Assembly (NCBI GenBank): GCA_030040865.1 | Contig: JASHSX010000013.1 | Coordinates: 1-36,127, forward strand | Direction: 5' to 3' | Source of the DNA: Thermoplasmata archaeon | Lineage (GTDB): Archaea > Thermoplasmatota > Thermoplasmata > Lutacidiplasmatales > UBA184 | DNA length: 36,127 nucleotides | Shown: positions 9,452-19,211 of the stretch, in pieces | Position numbering within the stretch: the first letter of the stretch is position 1 | How the letters are laid out: each line of letters opens with the position of its first letter | Translations under genes and position numbers: made by a program | Notes under the pieces: generated by a model | Database searches by the model: none | Told to the model about the DNA's origin: nothing | What the model saw: the letters and a program-made list of their open reading frames with translations, nothing else

Positions 9452-12400
9452 CTTTCTTCTCCCCCTTCGTCCGTCGCCGGGCGGGCCTCGCGGGCCGGAC
9501 GGGTCCGGCGACCGCGCAGGCGCAGCCCAAGGATCGTCGCTCCGACACCCCCGATCGCGGCCGCGGTCACGATCAGGAGCTCCCATCCGCCCAGGGAGAT
9601 AGCGCTCCCCGACGACGGGCTCGTGCCCGGCATCCCTCCGAGCGCGAGGACGACCGAGCCCGTGGACCCGGTGGCGTCCACGCCCTGGCGGAGCGTGACG
9701 TAGCCGAGCGCCGACGCATCGAACGTGTACTGTCCCTCGGGAAGCACGATCCGGAACGTCCCGTTGGCGCTCGAGACGAACGACAGCTGGACGGAGTGGC
9801 CGTCGACGGCGACTCCCTGCACGGTGACCTGGGCCCCGACGATCGGGAGCCCGCTGGTCTGGTCCGCGACGAGCCCGTAGATCGCGGTCTGCGGAGGGAG
9901 AAGGTCGATCGGCAGCGATTGCGCCGCCCCGTCGATCTGGATCGGGAAGGTGACCGGGGCGTACGGAACGGTCGAGCTGGGCGCGGGGACGGCGCGGATC
10001 GACCAGCTCCCGTTCGGCAGTTCGGTCGAGAAGGAACCGTCCGCTGCGCTGGTGGCGAGCGGAACCCAGGTGCCGTTCGCTGCCACGAGTCCGATCGATA
10101 CGTTCGCGAGCCCGGCGCCCGTGTAGCCGTCGGCGACGATACCGCTCACGTCGTAGGTCTGGACCGACAGCAGCAGGTCCCCGAGCGAGGTCGGGGACGA
10201 GACCTCCATCGGTTCCGCGAGCACGGCGAATCCCGGAAGGAAGATCGACAGCACGTACTCCCCCACCGAAGCGGAGAGCTGGAACGAGCCGCTCGCCCCG
10301 GTCTCGGTCGAGAAGGCCGGCGTGCCGTTCACCAGGAGCGCGACGACGGCGCCCCCGAGCGGCGACCCGCCGACGCCGAACGGACCGGAGGCGGTCTCGA
10401 CCCGACCGGAGACCGTGTACGCCACATCCTGGCCGAGCGGCACGAGATCGATCGGGGCGGGCAACGTGACAACGGCTCCCGACAGGACGCCCACGGTCCC
10501 GAAGTCCGTGGCGTACCCAGGAGCGGAGACGATCAGCTGGGAGGCTCCCGCCGGGCCCTGCACCGCGAAAGCACCGGAGGCGTCCGAGAGGCTCTGGGGC
10601 GCGCAGGACGCGCCCGTGGCCGTTCCGCAGAGGAGCACCTGGGCCCCGACCACCGGGTCGCGAGTGGCAGAGTTGACGACCGAACCCTCCACGGTACCGA
10701 ACTCGTTGAGGAAAATAGTCCCGAGATCGAGGCTCTCGCCGGGGGTCAGCACGATTCCGAGCGAGGCGGGCGAGAAGCCCGCGGCGCTGACGTCCATGGT
10801 GTACGTGCCCGGAGGTTCGACGTCGACGATGCGTCCCGCCGAGTCGCTCAACGAGGGCGCGAAGCACGCCCCGGCCGCTGCACAGACCTGGACCTGGGCA
10901 CCGACGATCGGGTAGCCCGCGGGCAACCCGAGCACGAGACCGGAGAACGAGGCGAAGGCGTCCAGGTGGATCGCTCCGGCCAGGTGTTGCCAGCAGTCCG
11001 AACAGAGCTTGAGCTCGGTACCGTTCGAGTCGAAATCGGTCGCGGAGACGTTCACGAACACCGTTCCCGGCGCGGCCGCGACCCAGAAGTCCCCGCTGAT
11101 GTTCGACTCGGCCGACGGACAGATCGTCTCCCCCGGCGAGCACGCGACCACGAGCGCCCCCGAGATCGGCGCGTTCGAGGGGTAACCGATGACCTGCCCG
11201 GCGATCACGCCGTCCCCGGTCAGGTTGACACTGGTCACGTTGGTGAACGCCCCGGGATGCACGTTCAGCGCCAGCACCACGCTCTCGTAGGCGGGGTGGC
11301 TCACTGTGAGGAGATCGTCCTCGCCGGCGGGGGCGTTCTCGAGGAATTGTCCCTCTTCGTTGGTCGGCTGAGGATTCAGGCTCGCCGAGGTGCCGCCCGA
11401 GTTGGTGACGTCGATCTCCGCATTCGGGAGCGGCTGGTGGTTCGCCGCATCCTTCACGCTCGCGAGCACCGGGGTCGAGGAGGAGTTGACCTGGGAGCTC
11501 GCGGTGTAGCCGAACGACTGCAGGACGATCGCGCCGAGGTGGATCCCCGACCCCCCGGCGGCGAACGTGGTCCGGCTCGGGGAGACGTTCAGGTAGAAGG
11601 TGGTGGAATTGAACGGCCCCTCGGAGTCCGCGCTCACCAGCAGCTCGACGTGGTCTCCCGGGGGAGCGGTCGTATTGACCCACCCGTTCTGGTTCCCGAT
11701 GCCCGACGACGCCTCGTAGCTCCCGGAGGTCGCCAGCACCGAGGAGAACACGCCCGGCGTCGGGACCGGCGCTCCGTTCGAGGAGACGACCCGGAACTCA
11801 ACGTATCCGTAGTGCTCGAGATACATGGTCGGCATGGCGATCGACTGACCGGGCTCCCCGGCCGAGCTGTTGTCGTAGTAGGCGGCGCCGCTCACGTAGG
11901 CGTTCGGCGTCGTCGCGAGCACCTGGATGAGGTGACTCCCGTCGTGGTCGGGGTCGCCCGTATAGGGCGACGCGAACAGCACGTAGTACCCCTGAGCGCT
12001 GGCCGGACCGCTCGCCGTGCCGCCCCGGGTGCCCGGTCCGCCGACCTGGATGCTCACGGGAGCGTAGCGGACGCCCTGCCCGTTGCCCATCGTCTGGTCC
12101 ATGACGTAGCCGCTGTACGACGAGAAGTCGCCCATCTGGAACGTGGCGATCGACTGTCCCGAGACGTTGACGCCCACGATCGTATAGCCGAAGACGAACC
12201 CACCGCCTCCCGTGTACGGTCCCCCCCCGAGCCCGATCGCGCTCACGTTCATCGGTCCGAGGCTCGGCGACTGGACACGATAGTACCCGGTCCCGTTGAG
12301 GTAGGTCGACTCGACGGGCTGTTGGGAGCAGACGAAGACGCCGGAGGCCGTGCATACGGTGACCTGCGCCGGCGGAGCGAGGTCGAAGTGCCCCACGGGG

Positions 12401-15330
12401 GTTGCGATGTCGAACCACGGGGTGGAGGTGACGTTGCCGGAGATCCACGGCAGCGGTTCCAAGGGCAGGACTCCCACGTCTACCGCCAACGCGACGGAGG
12501 CGTTGATGAACTCCGAGAACGGTTCGTAGCCGGGCACGGAGAGGTTCAGGTAGAAGAGGCCGGACGGGATTGACTGGTTGAAGAATCCTCCGGTGTTCGC
12601 CCCCGAGGAGAAACCGACCCCGCCGATCGCGCCGGGGCTCGTGAGCACGAACTCCGTCGCCTGCACCGCCACCCCCCACCCGGTGGAGGCGTCGACGACC
12701 CGCCCGGTGAGCCAAGCGCCCCCCGCGTTCGAAGCGGACGACGGCGCCGAAGCCGCACTCGCCGAAGCGTCCGAGGCGGTCGAATTCGCGTTCGCCCCGA
12801 CCGGCTGGAGGACGATCGGCGGAAGGACCGTCGTCTCGTTGGACGTCACGTTCGCCCAGGTCCAGTCGGTCGAGTAGCCGGACGCGGTGACCTCGATCTT
12901 GTACGTGGATCCGGGCAGCCAGCCTCCCGGGAGGAGTCCCAGGTACTGGCCCCCGGTCGAGACCCGGCCCGATCCGAGGATCGTCTCACACACCAGCTGG
13001 GCGGTGATCGGACACACGCTCGCGTGGGCGTCGAGGATCGGCTGTCCCTCCGGGTCGAGGACGAGACCGGTCAGCGTGCCGAGGGGCGTGAGAAAGATCG
13101 GTCCCACCGACGTCGTCCCCTCGCTCGAAACGTTCGCCCAGACCGTGTTGGGCGCATACCCCGATGCCGAGACGGTGATGTACCCCCACCCGGGGGGCCC
13201 CGGGACATCGAAGGTACCGTTGATCAGCGTCACGTTCGAGAAACAATTGAGCCCGTCCAGGGGGCAGATCTCCAGGGACGCGAACGGGACCGGCTCGGTG
13301 CCGCCCGCCTCCTCCACCAGTCCTGAGACCATCACCGAGCCGGTGAGATTGATCGATTGGACGTGTTCGTTGTTGGCGGTCGAGAGCGCCAGCGGGAACT
13401 GCTTCGTGTCGCAGCATAACGACTCGGTGCTGGCCCAGGTGGTGTTCGAAGCGGACTCGGCGCCGGACGCCTCGATCTGGACGGGTCCGGGGGGAGCCGG
13501 CACGCAGAACGCCGTCGCCGTGTCCACGTACGGGGAACAGTCGAACGCGCTCAGTTGGTCGACGTACGAATAGGAGACTCCCGGGGACACGGTGTAGCTC
13601 GTCGACGTGGCGGTGACGACGAACCCTCCGGGGGGCGCCTCGTTGGTACCTTGAAGGTAGACGTTGCCCGCGATGTACGTGCCGACGGGCATGGACGCGT
13701 TCACGTACGTCGTCTCGTACGGCGTCACATTGGCCCACGCCGTCGTCGGATAGACCGGGAGGTCCCCCGGTATCGGCCAGGTGGGATACGGCGGATCACA
13801 GAACGGTGTGTAGTCGGGCGTGATCAGGATGTAGTTCTGGAGCGGCAACGCGGCGAGCTCACCCGGCTCTCCGACCTGCTGGCACCCGCCCGAGATGCAG
13901 TTGGAGATGCTCGTGTTGATGACGACCTCGGTGTTCTGGATGACACCGGCCACGATCGTGCCGACCTTGTAGCCGTCCGCGCTGCAGACGCTTGCGCGCC
14001 AAAGTCCGGTGTGGAAGTCGTTCTCGAGCGACGTGACGTTCGCCTGGTCTTGCGGGTTCGAAGCGTCGTAGTCGAGACTGACGGTGAGCTGGACGGTACC
14101 CGGGGGAGTGAGGTAGAAGGCACCGAGGTTCACGACCTGGCCCGGATTCTCCTTGGCGACGAAACCGATCGACTGGGTGAGCTGGACGTATCCCTCCGCC
14201 TGGAGGATGATGTAGTCGTTGCCGGGAGGGCCGAAGGCGCTCAGTTCGCCGGTCTGGCTGGCGGCGCCCTGTTCGGCGCATTGGCCGCTGATCGAGCTGC
14301 ACACTTGGAGCGAGGCCCAGCTGCCCGAGATCAACTGCCGCGTGGCGGCGTCGTAGATGGAGGCCCGGAACGAGTCGTACGCCTCAAGGTAGATCGTGCC
14401 CAGATCCACCGAGGCCCCGGGCGTCGCATTCACCCAGGTGAAATTACCCTGAAAGGCGTAGAACGGCGACTGGAACTGGACCGTCGAGGGGACCGGCGGC
14501 ACCGCCGCGGTGAAGCTCCCGTTCTCCGTCGTCGTCCCGATCGGGGTGCCGACCTGCGTGTCGTTCAACGACGCCGAGGAGACGACCACCCCGGGGACCG
14601 GCTGAGGTATCGGAGTGTCGGTCATCACATAGCCGGTGATCGTCGCCTCGTGGACCAGGTAGGTCGTCCCGGAATAGGTCGTCGAATCGTTGGCGACCGT
14701 GGCGTACGACGTGTTGGACAGGTAGTAGTTCGCGGTGAAGACCAGGTAGTCGGTCCCCACCGGCGCGACCACGTTGAAATACCCGGTCGCGGAGGAGCTT
14801 CCGGCCACGCAGATCTGCGGGGAGCAGAGTTCCCCGCTGAGCGAGTACGCCTGCACGGCAATGCCGGAGAGTCCGAGGCGCTGCCCGATCGAGTTCGCGA
14901 CCGACGTGTTGACGAAGCCGCTGAGGCGCCCCGTGAGCTCGCTCTCGTCCTTCGTGAGGCGCGCGCTTGCCGCGGCCCGGGTCGCGTTCTCTTGGGCGGC
15001 TTCGGCCCGGAGCGCGCTCGTGACGGTCAGGTTGTGGAACTCCTCGGCCTGGGCGAGTTGCGGCGAGTTGCTGTAGACGCCCGTGGGATGCGCGCCGGGG
15101 AGCGCCGAGGAGGAGACCGGGGCACTCGGGACGGACGGGGCGGGCGCGAGCGGCGACACCGAACCGGCGCTGCCGGTCGAGGTCACGAACTCCCCGGACG
15201 GCACCGCGCTCAGCAGCATCGCCGCAGCGATCCCTACGATCGCGGCCACTTCGAACGCCATCGACCGCTCCCACCGAACCGAGGCGACCGTCCCACCCGA
15301 GGAAGAATTGTGGGAACGGAAGGCCCCCAT
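9448..15330 (-). CDS. Giant surface protein (1960 aa) of tandem carboxypeptidase-regulatory-like / prealbumin-fold repeats with a C-terminal TM anchor
   Basis: Track ORF 9448..15336; ATG at 15330 preferred over TTG. N-terminal hydrophobic segment. Recurrent ~85-95 aa unit GxxxGxV...PxxGAxV...G.F...V[S/T]AxGY...LGxIxL. Ends LLIVTAAAIGGVGATILGLRLRGRR. Confidence 0.92.
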   Translation of the reverse strand: MGAFRSHNSSSGGTVASVRWERSMAFEVAAIVGIAAAMLLSAVPSGEFVTSTGSAGSVSPLAPAPSVPSAPVSSSALPGAHPTGVYSNSPQLAQAEEFHNLTVTSALRAEAAQENATRAAASARLTKDESELTGRLSGFVNTSVANSIGQRLGLSGIAVQAYSLSGELCSPQICVAGSSSATGYFNVVAPVGTDYLVFTANYYLSNTSYATVANDSTTYSGTTYLVHEATITGYVMTDTPIPQPVPGVVVSSASLNDTQVGTPIGTTTENGSFTAAVPPVPSTVQFQSPFYAFQGNFTWVNATPGASVDLGTIYLEAYDSFRASIYDAATRQLISGSWASLQVCSSISGQCAEQGAASQTGELSAFGPPGNDYIILQAEGYVQLTQSIGFVAKENPGQVVNLGAFYLTPPGTVQLTVSLDYDASNPQDQANVTSLENDFHTGLWRASVCSADGYKVGTIVAGVIQNTEVVINTSISNCISGGCQQVGEPGELAALPLQNYILITPDYTPFCDPPYPTWPIPGDLPVYPTTAWANVTPYETTYVNASMPVGTYIAGNVYLQGTNEAPPGGFVVTATSTSYTVSPGVSYSYVDQLSAFDCSPYVDTATAFCVPAPPGPVQIEASGAESASNTTWASTESLCCDTKQFPLALSTANNEHVQSINLTGSVMVSGLVEEAGGTEPVPFASLEICPLDGLNCFSNVTLINGTFDVPGPPGWGYITVSASGYAPNTVWANVSSEGTTSVGPIFLTPLGTLTGLVLDPEGQPILDAHASVCPITAQLVCETILGSGRVSTGGQYLGLLPGGWLPGSTYKIEVTASGYSTDWTWANVTSNETTVLPPIVLQPVGANANSTASDASASAASAPSSASNAGGAWLTGRVVDASTGWGVAVQATEFVLTSPGAIGGVGFSSGANTGGFFNQSIPSGLFYLNLSVPGYEPFSEFINASVALAVDVGVLPLEPLPWISGNVTSTPWFDIATPVGHFDLAPPAQVTVCTASGVFVCSQQPVESTYLNGTGYYRVQSPSLGPMNVSAIGLGGGPYTGGGGFVFGYTIVGVNVSGQSIATFQMGDFSSYSGYVMDQTMGNGQGVRYAPVSIQVGGPGTRGGTASGPASAQGYYVLFASPYTGDPDHDGSHLIQVLATTPNAYVSGAAYYDNSSAGEPGQSIAMPTMYLEHYGYVEFRVVSSNGAPVPTPGVFSSVLATSGSYEASSGIGNQNGWVNTTAPPGDHVELLVSADSEGPFNSTTFYLNVSPSRTTFAAGGSGIHLGAIVLQSFGYTASSQVNSSSTPVLASVKDAANHQPLPNAEIDVTNSGGTSASLNPQPTNEEGQFLENAPAGEDDLLTVSHPAYESVVLALNVHPGAFTNVTSVNLTGDGVIAGQVIGYPSNAPISGALVVACSPGETICPSAESNISGDFWVAAAPGTVFVNVSATDFDSNGTELKLCSDCWQHLAGAIHLDAFASFSGLVLGLPAGYPIVGAQVQVCAAAGACFAPSLSDSAGRIVDVEPPGTYTMDVSAAGFSPASLGIVLTPGESLDLGTIFLNEFGTVEGSVVNSATRDPVVGAQVLLCGTATGASCAPQSLSDASGAFAVQGPAGASQLIVSAPGYATDFGTVGVLSGAVVTLPAPIDLVPLGQDVAYTVSGRVETASGPFGVGGSPLGGAVVALLVNGTPAFSTETGASGSFQLSASVGEYVLSIFLPGFAVLAEPMEVSSPTSLGDLLLSVQTYDVSGIVADGYTGAGLANVSIGLVAANGTWVPLATSAADGSFSTELPNGSWSIRAVPAPSSTVPYAPVTFPIQIDGAAQSLPIDLLPPQTAIYGLVADQTSGLPIVGAQVTVQGVAVDGHSVQLSFVSSANGTFRIVLPEGQYTFDASALGYVTLRQGVDATGSTGSVVLALGGMPGTSPSSGSAISLGGWELLIVTAAAIGGVGATILGLRLRGRRTRPAREARPATDEGGEER

Positions 15331-15426
15331 GGTCAACAGCGGGCGCTTCGACCACTCGGGTCCCCGCGTGGCGGGTGGACACCCCGATGAGGCCAGACGG
15401 GCATCCTCGGTTCCACACTGCGATGG

Positions 15427-15434
15427 TACATAAG
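15427..15434 (-). promoter_or_regulatory. Candidate TATA box for the surface-protein/AAA cluster
   Basis: CTTATGTA on the - strand in a GC-rich background, ~100 nt upstream of ATG 15330. Imperfect match to the consensus. Confidence 0.3.
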
Positions 15435-15558
15435 GTCTGCGAAATCCGGGCGAGCGAGACCTCGACTCTGGGCAGACTGATGACTATCCCAACGGGAAAT
15501 TGGCACAGTGTTCGTGACCTCGAGCGGAGCGGCCATGGGACCTCGCCGGTGGCTCCGG

Positions 15559-15747
15559 GAACGGGAACCCCGTAGAATCCCGTTCGGAAATTCCGACCTG
15601 GGATACGGGCGCCACCCTCGGCGGGAGCCGGACCGGCTCCGAGCCCCGTCGCGACGTTCAGCGAGCGACCTAGCGGACCGCTCTCGGCGAGTTCGGACCG
15701 CGGTTTTCCGGAGACTCCCCTTGTCGAACCGTTCGACAGAACGGGAA
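15559..15747. repeat. Cluster of short perfect inverted repeats in an intergenic region
   Basis: GAACGGGA-n11-TCCCGTTC (15559-15585), TCGGAA-a-TTCCGA (15584-15596), GGAGCCGG-a-CCGGCTCC (15624-15640), CGTCGCGACG (15647-15656), TGTCGAAC-c-GTTCGACA (15722-15738). GAACGGGAA is repeated directly at 15559 and 15739. Confidence 0.6.
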
Positions 15748-15909
15748 AAACTTGGCGTTCAGTAGTTGGGTTCCCGGGGCACCGCCCCACGGTTCGAGGC
15801 CGGGTCAGAGTCGCGTGCCGACGGTCGCAAGATCGAGGGAGTCGACGGGGACGTGGTGTCCGATCGGTCCGCTTCCCGCCGTTCCGTTCCCTCGGGAGCC
15901 CGGCCGACG

Positions 15910-18900
15910 TTAGGGAGGCTCGGTATCCTGAGAGGGAGGAGCGGTTTTCGGGCCGGTCGGGTCGCCGCTGGCGGGGCTCCGACGCGGGGGAGGTCCGCGC
16001 GGAGCCGAGCGGCTCCGGTTTCGAAGGACGAGCGCGATCACGATGACGGCCACGAGAACCCCGAATCCGGCGTACGCGAGCAGGGCCGAGGGCCCGAGCC
16101 AGGGCTGCGAGGTCCCCGACCCGGACGACGAGGTGGTGAAGCTCACGGCCTCACTCAGCGACTGGTCCGAGACGGTGACGGTACCCGAGACCGGCAGACC
16201 GACGAAACCGGACGGCCCCTGAACGGCGTAGGAGAAGTCTCCCTCCGGCTCGACGAACAGCACGGAACTCGTCGACGAGTCGTGGCTGACCCCGGCGAGC
16301 GTCACCGACCAGTTGGCGCCGGGCGGAAGCCCGGATTCCACGAACGTGACGTAGTACTCGATGAGCTTGAACGAGATGTTCTCGGCGATGGCCCCGCCCT
16401 GCACGGTGAGCGATCCCGAGGACGGATCGCAACCGTAGCCCGAGATCGGGGCCACGACGTAGAGGTAGGTACCGTTCGGAAGATCCCAAAGGACGGAGCT
16501 CGACGTGGACTGGTTGCTGGTCCCGTTGAGCGTCACCGACCAGGCGACTCCCGGTTGGAGACCCGACTCTTGGAAGACCACGGGGTACTCGGTGGCCGTG
16601 ACGCGGACGAAATCGACCAGGATCGAGACCCGGCTCCCGGTCACGGAGAACCCGGCCGCAGCCGGGCTCGGGCGGTACCCCGACACAGTGCCGATGGTAT
16701 AGTCGTACGAGCCGTTCAGTTCCGAGAAGGCGACCGAGGAGCCCGTGCTCGCCGAGCGGGAGTCGTTCACGGTCACGGACCAGCTCGTCCCGCCTGGTAG
16801 CCCGGATTCGTTGAAGTCGACGTCGTACGTCTCGTTCGAGCGGAACTGGAGGATCGAAACGGTGCCGTTGACGGAGTTCGCCACGTAGAGCGCGCCGGTG
16901 TCCGGGTCGTAGGCCGCAGCGTTCGGGCCGGCTCCGACCGAGAGGGTGGCGAACGTTCCCCCGGAGCTCGCGTTCAGCGCGGTGATCGATCCCGAGAGGT
17001 AGTCGGCGACCACGACCTCGTCCTTGTTCGGCACGGCCGTCGCAGCGGCCGGACCGGCGCCGACCTTGGCCGTGGAGAGGACGGTGTCGTCGACCGTCGA
17101 CAGGACGGAGACCGTGTTGGAGCCGTTGTTCGCCACGAACGCCTCCTGGAGGCCAGGCATGACGGCCACCGCGTCGGGGGAAAGCCCCACGTCCACGTAC
17201 GGCCCCGGGGAACCGGTGGCCGCGTCGAGCACGCTGATTTGGTTCGTCGTGTCGTCGGCCGTGAGGACTTCCTGGTCCGAGGTGTCGACCGCGAGGCCCA
17301 CGGGGAACTCTTCGGCGGCGATCCCTCCGCCGACGACCACGTTCCGGGTGTCGTTGATGACCGCGACGGAGGCACTGCTGTTCCCCCCGACGAACACCTC
17401 GCCCAACTGGGGGTCGTATCCCAGAGCAAGCGGAGAGTCATCCACCGCGATATTCGCAGTCACCGTGTCGGAGGCGTCATTGATGACGCTGACCGTATCG
17501 GAACCCGAGTTCGCTACGAAGATCTCGTGCTGCCCCGCATCGTAGACAACGCCGACGGGAAGGGACCCGACGGCGACCCGGGCCACGATCGCGTTCGAGG
17601 CGTCCGAGACGACGTCGACCACTCCCGCGGCCTCGTCCGAGACGAACAGCTGGTGCGTCCCCGCGTCGAAGGCGATGCCGGCCGGCTTTGCCCACAAGGA
17701 GATGTTGGCCACCACCCGGTCCGTAGTGTCGGAGATCACGGACACGAAGCCGGTGGCGCGGCTCACGATCCAGACCTGGCTCCGTCCGCTCACGTACACG
17801 ATGCCGAACGCGTCGTTCCCGGCGACGACCGAGGCGACCGATTTGTCGGTCGTCGCGGAGACCACGGTCACGTTGTCCGACCCGATATTGGTCACGAAGA
17901 TCTCGGACTCGCCCGAGTCGTAGGCAAGTCCCGTCGGGGCCGACCCCACGGCGATCTTTGCGACGACGGCGTACGTTTGCGCGTCGATCGCCCAGACGGA
18001 GCTCGACCCGGAGTTCGCGACGAAGATCTCCTGCAGCGTGGGATCGTAACCGATGCCGTACGGCTGGTCGCCGACCGGTATCGTCTGAACCACTTGGAAG
18101 TCGGTGTCGTTGATCACCGACACGAGGTTCGTTCCCCAATCCGTGACGAACACCTCCCCGAGCTGCGGGTCGTAGGCGAGGGCGAACGGTGTGCTCCCTG
18201 CCCCGAGCGGGATGTTCGCGAGAATCGCGTTCGTCGTGGCCGAGATGATCGTCACCTCCCCCGCGTCGTCGTCCGCGACGAAGACCTCCCCCTGACCGCT
18301 GTCGTAGAGCAGCGCCGGGCAGCCGCTCTGGTCGGGCGTCGGGAGCGCCGCCACGACCTGGCCCGAGGCGGCGCGGATCACCTGGATCTCGTTCGACCAG
18401 TCGGCGCCCACGAACCACTCGTTCTGCACGGGGTCGAACGCGAGCCCGAGGGGGTGCTGCCCGGTGGGTATCTGGGCAACGACCGCGTCGGTGGTGTCCG
18501 AGATTTCGCTCAGGGCGTTCGAGTACTGATCGCCGACCACGACCACTCCGGTGTCGGGGTCGTACGCGGCGAAGTACGGAGTGATCCCGTTGGGAGACGA
18601 GAAATTGCCGGGGATATCCGTACCGTTGCTGAGGACCAGCGTGTTCGCCACGTACGGGGCCTCGAGCCCGACCGGGCCACCGAGGGGAGTGGCAGCCGCC
18701 CGACCAGTAACCGGGCCCGGGTGGGAGGACTCCGGCGCCGCATCGATGGTCGGGACAGACCCTCCGCTGCGGAGGGGGGATACCGGGAGTGCACCGACCA
18801 GGGATGAGACCGAGCCTGAGACGAGAAATACGATCGCAAGGACGAGGGCCGCCACGAGGGTTGGGACCGACCCACAGGTACGGGAGCGAGAAGATCCTCG

Positions 18901-18936
18901 TCGGTCGCCACGCGAGCGTCGGGCTGATGGTACCAT
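15910..18936 (-). CDS. YVTN/YncE-type beta-propeller surface protein: 14 blades, three Thermoplasmata-type Ig-like repeats, C-terminal TM
   Basis: 14 counted repeats of Pxx[L/I]AYD...E[I/V]FV[A/T]NxxSxxVSVI. Three VxFxESGLxxGxxWSVT units. Signal-like N-terminus, and a TM helix plus basic Pro-rich tail. Confidence 0.93.
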   Translation of the reverse strand: MVPSARRSRGDRRGSSRSRTCGSVPTLVAALVLAIVFLVSGSVSSLVGALPVSPLRSGGSVPTIDAAPESSHPGPVTGRAAATPLGGPVGLEAPYVANTLVLSNGTDIPGNFSSPNGITPYFAAYDPDTGVVVVGDQYSNALSEISDTTDAVVAQIPTGQHPLGLAFDPVQNEWFVGADWSNEIQVIRAASGQVVAALPTPDQSGCPALLYDSGQGEVFVADDDAGEVTIISATTNAILANIPLGAGSTPFALAYDPQLGEVFVTDWGTNLVSVINDTDFQVVQTIPVGDQPYGIGYDPTLQEIFVANSGSSSVWAIDAQTYAVVAKIAVGSAPTGLAYDSGESEIFVTNIGSDNVTVVSATTDKSVASVVAGNDAFGIVYVSGRSQVWIVSRATGFVSVISDTTDRVVANISLWAKPAGIAFDAGTHQLFVSDEAAGVVDVVSDASNAIVARVAVGSLPVGVVYDAGQHEIFVANSGSDTVSVINDASDTVTANIAVDDSPLALGYDPQLGEVFVGGNSSASVAVINDTRNVVVGGGIAAEEFPVGLAVDTSDQEVLTADDTTNQISVLDAATGSPGPYVDVGLSPDAVAVMPGLQEAFVANNGSNTVSVLSTVDDTVLSTAKVGAGPAAATAVPNKDEVVVADYLSGSITALNASSGGTFATLSVGAGPNAAAYDPDTGALYVANSVNGTVSILQFRSNETYDVDFNESGLPGGTSWSVTVNDSRSASTGSSVAFSELNGSYDYTIGTVSGYRPSPAAAGFSVTGSRVSILVDFVRVTATEYPVVFQESGLQPGVAWSVTLNGTSNQSTSSSVLWDLPNGTYLYVVAPISGYGCDPSSGSLTVQGGAIAENISFKLIEYYVTFVESGLPPGANWSVTLAGVSHDSSTSSVLFVEPEGDFSYAVQGPSGFVGLPVSGTVTVSDQSLSEAVSFTTSSSGSGTSQPWLGPSALLAYAGFGVLVAVIVIALVLRNRSRSAPRGPPPRRSPASGDPTGPKTAPPSQDTEPP

Positions 18937-19211
18937 CCTAGCGGTAGCTCCCGAGTGAGTCGTCTCGAACGTCTAGTCCCTTTTATCGCTGTCGCGCAGG
19001 CACCCCCGCCTCGGCCGGGCGCTCTTACCAATTCTCGGACTCGGATTCCTCCTAAGGACAGGAATATCGCGGGATTTCTGTCGTACCGTTGAATGGCTCA
19101 CGGAGGAGGGCCACTTCCCGTCGGGCCGCGACGGTGGTAGGCGGGGTGGGCCGGGCGGGTCCCGCCGACGCGTTCGACGACCCGGACGCCTACGGAGCTC
19201 GTAGGTCAGCC

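Noticed and set aside
9452-11683. N-terminal 744 codons of track ORF 7298..11683, and similar upstream extensions on the ORFs ending at 3370, 5187, 20596, 22554, 23630, 24835, 31720 and 35891
   Set aside because: Mostly out-of-frame overlap with a neighbouring real gene, otherwise intergenic sequence. True starts are marked by stop/start overlaps, RBS motifs and the onset of signal peptides or domains.
27-15390. Very long + strand ORFs (27..3302, 2983..5370, 9265..12573, 13555..15390 and others)
   Set aside because: Antisense shadows of GC3-rich - strand genes. They give Arg/Gly/Asp-rich translations with no motifs, while the opposite strand carries clear domains.
15786-15804. GGTTCGAG resembling a tRNA T-loop
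   Set aside because: The T-stem is mismatched, and no acceptor, D or anticodon arm can be built.
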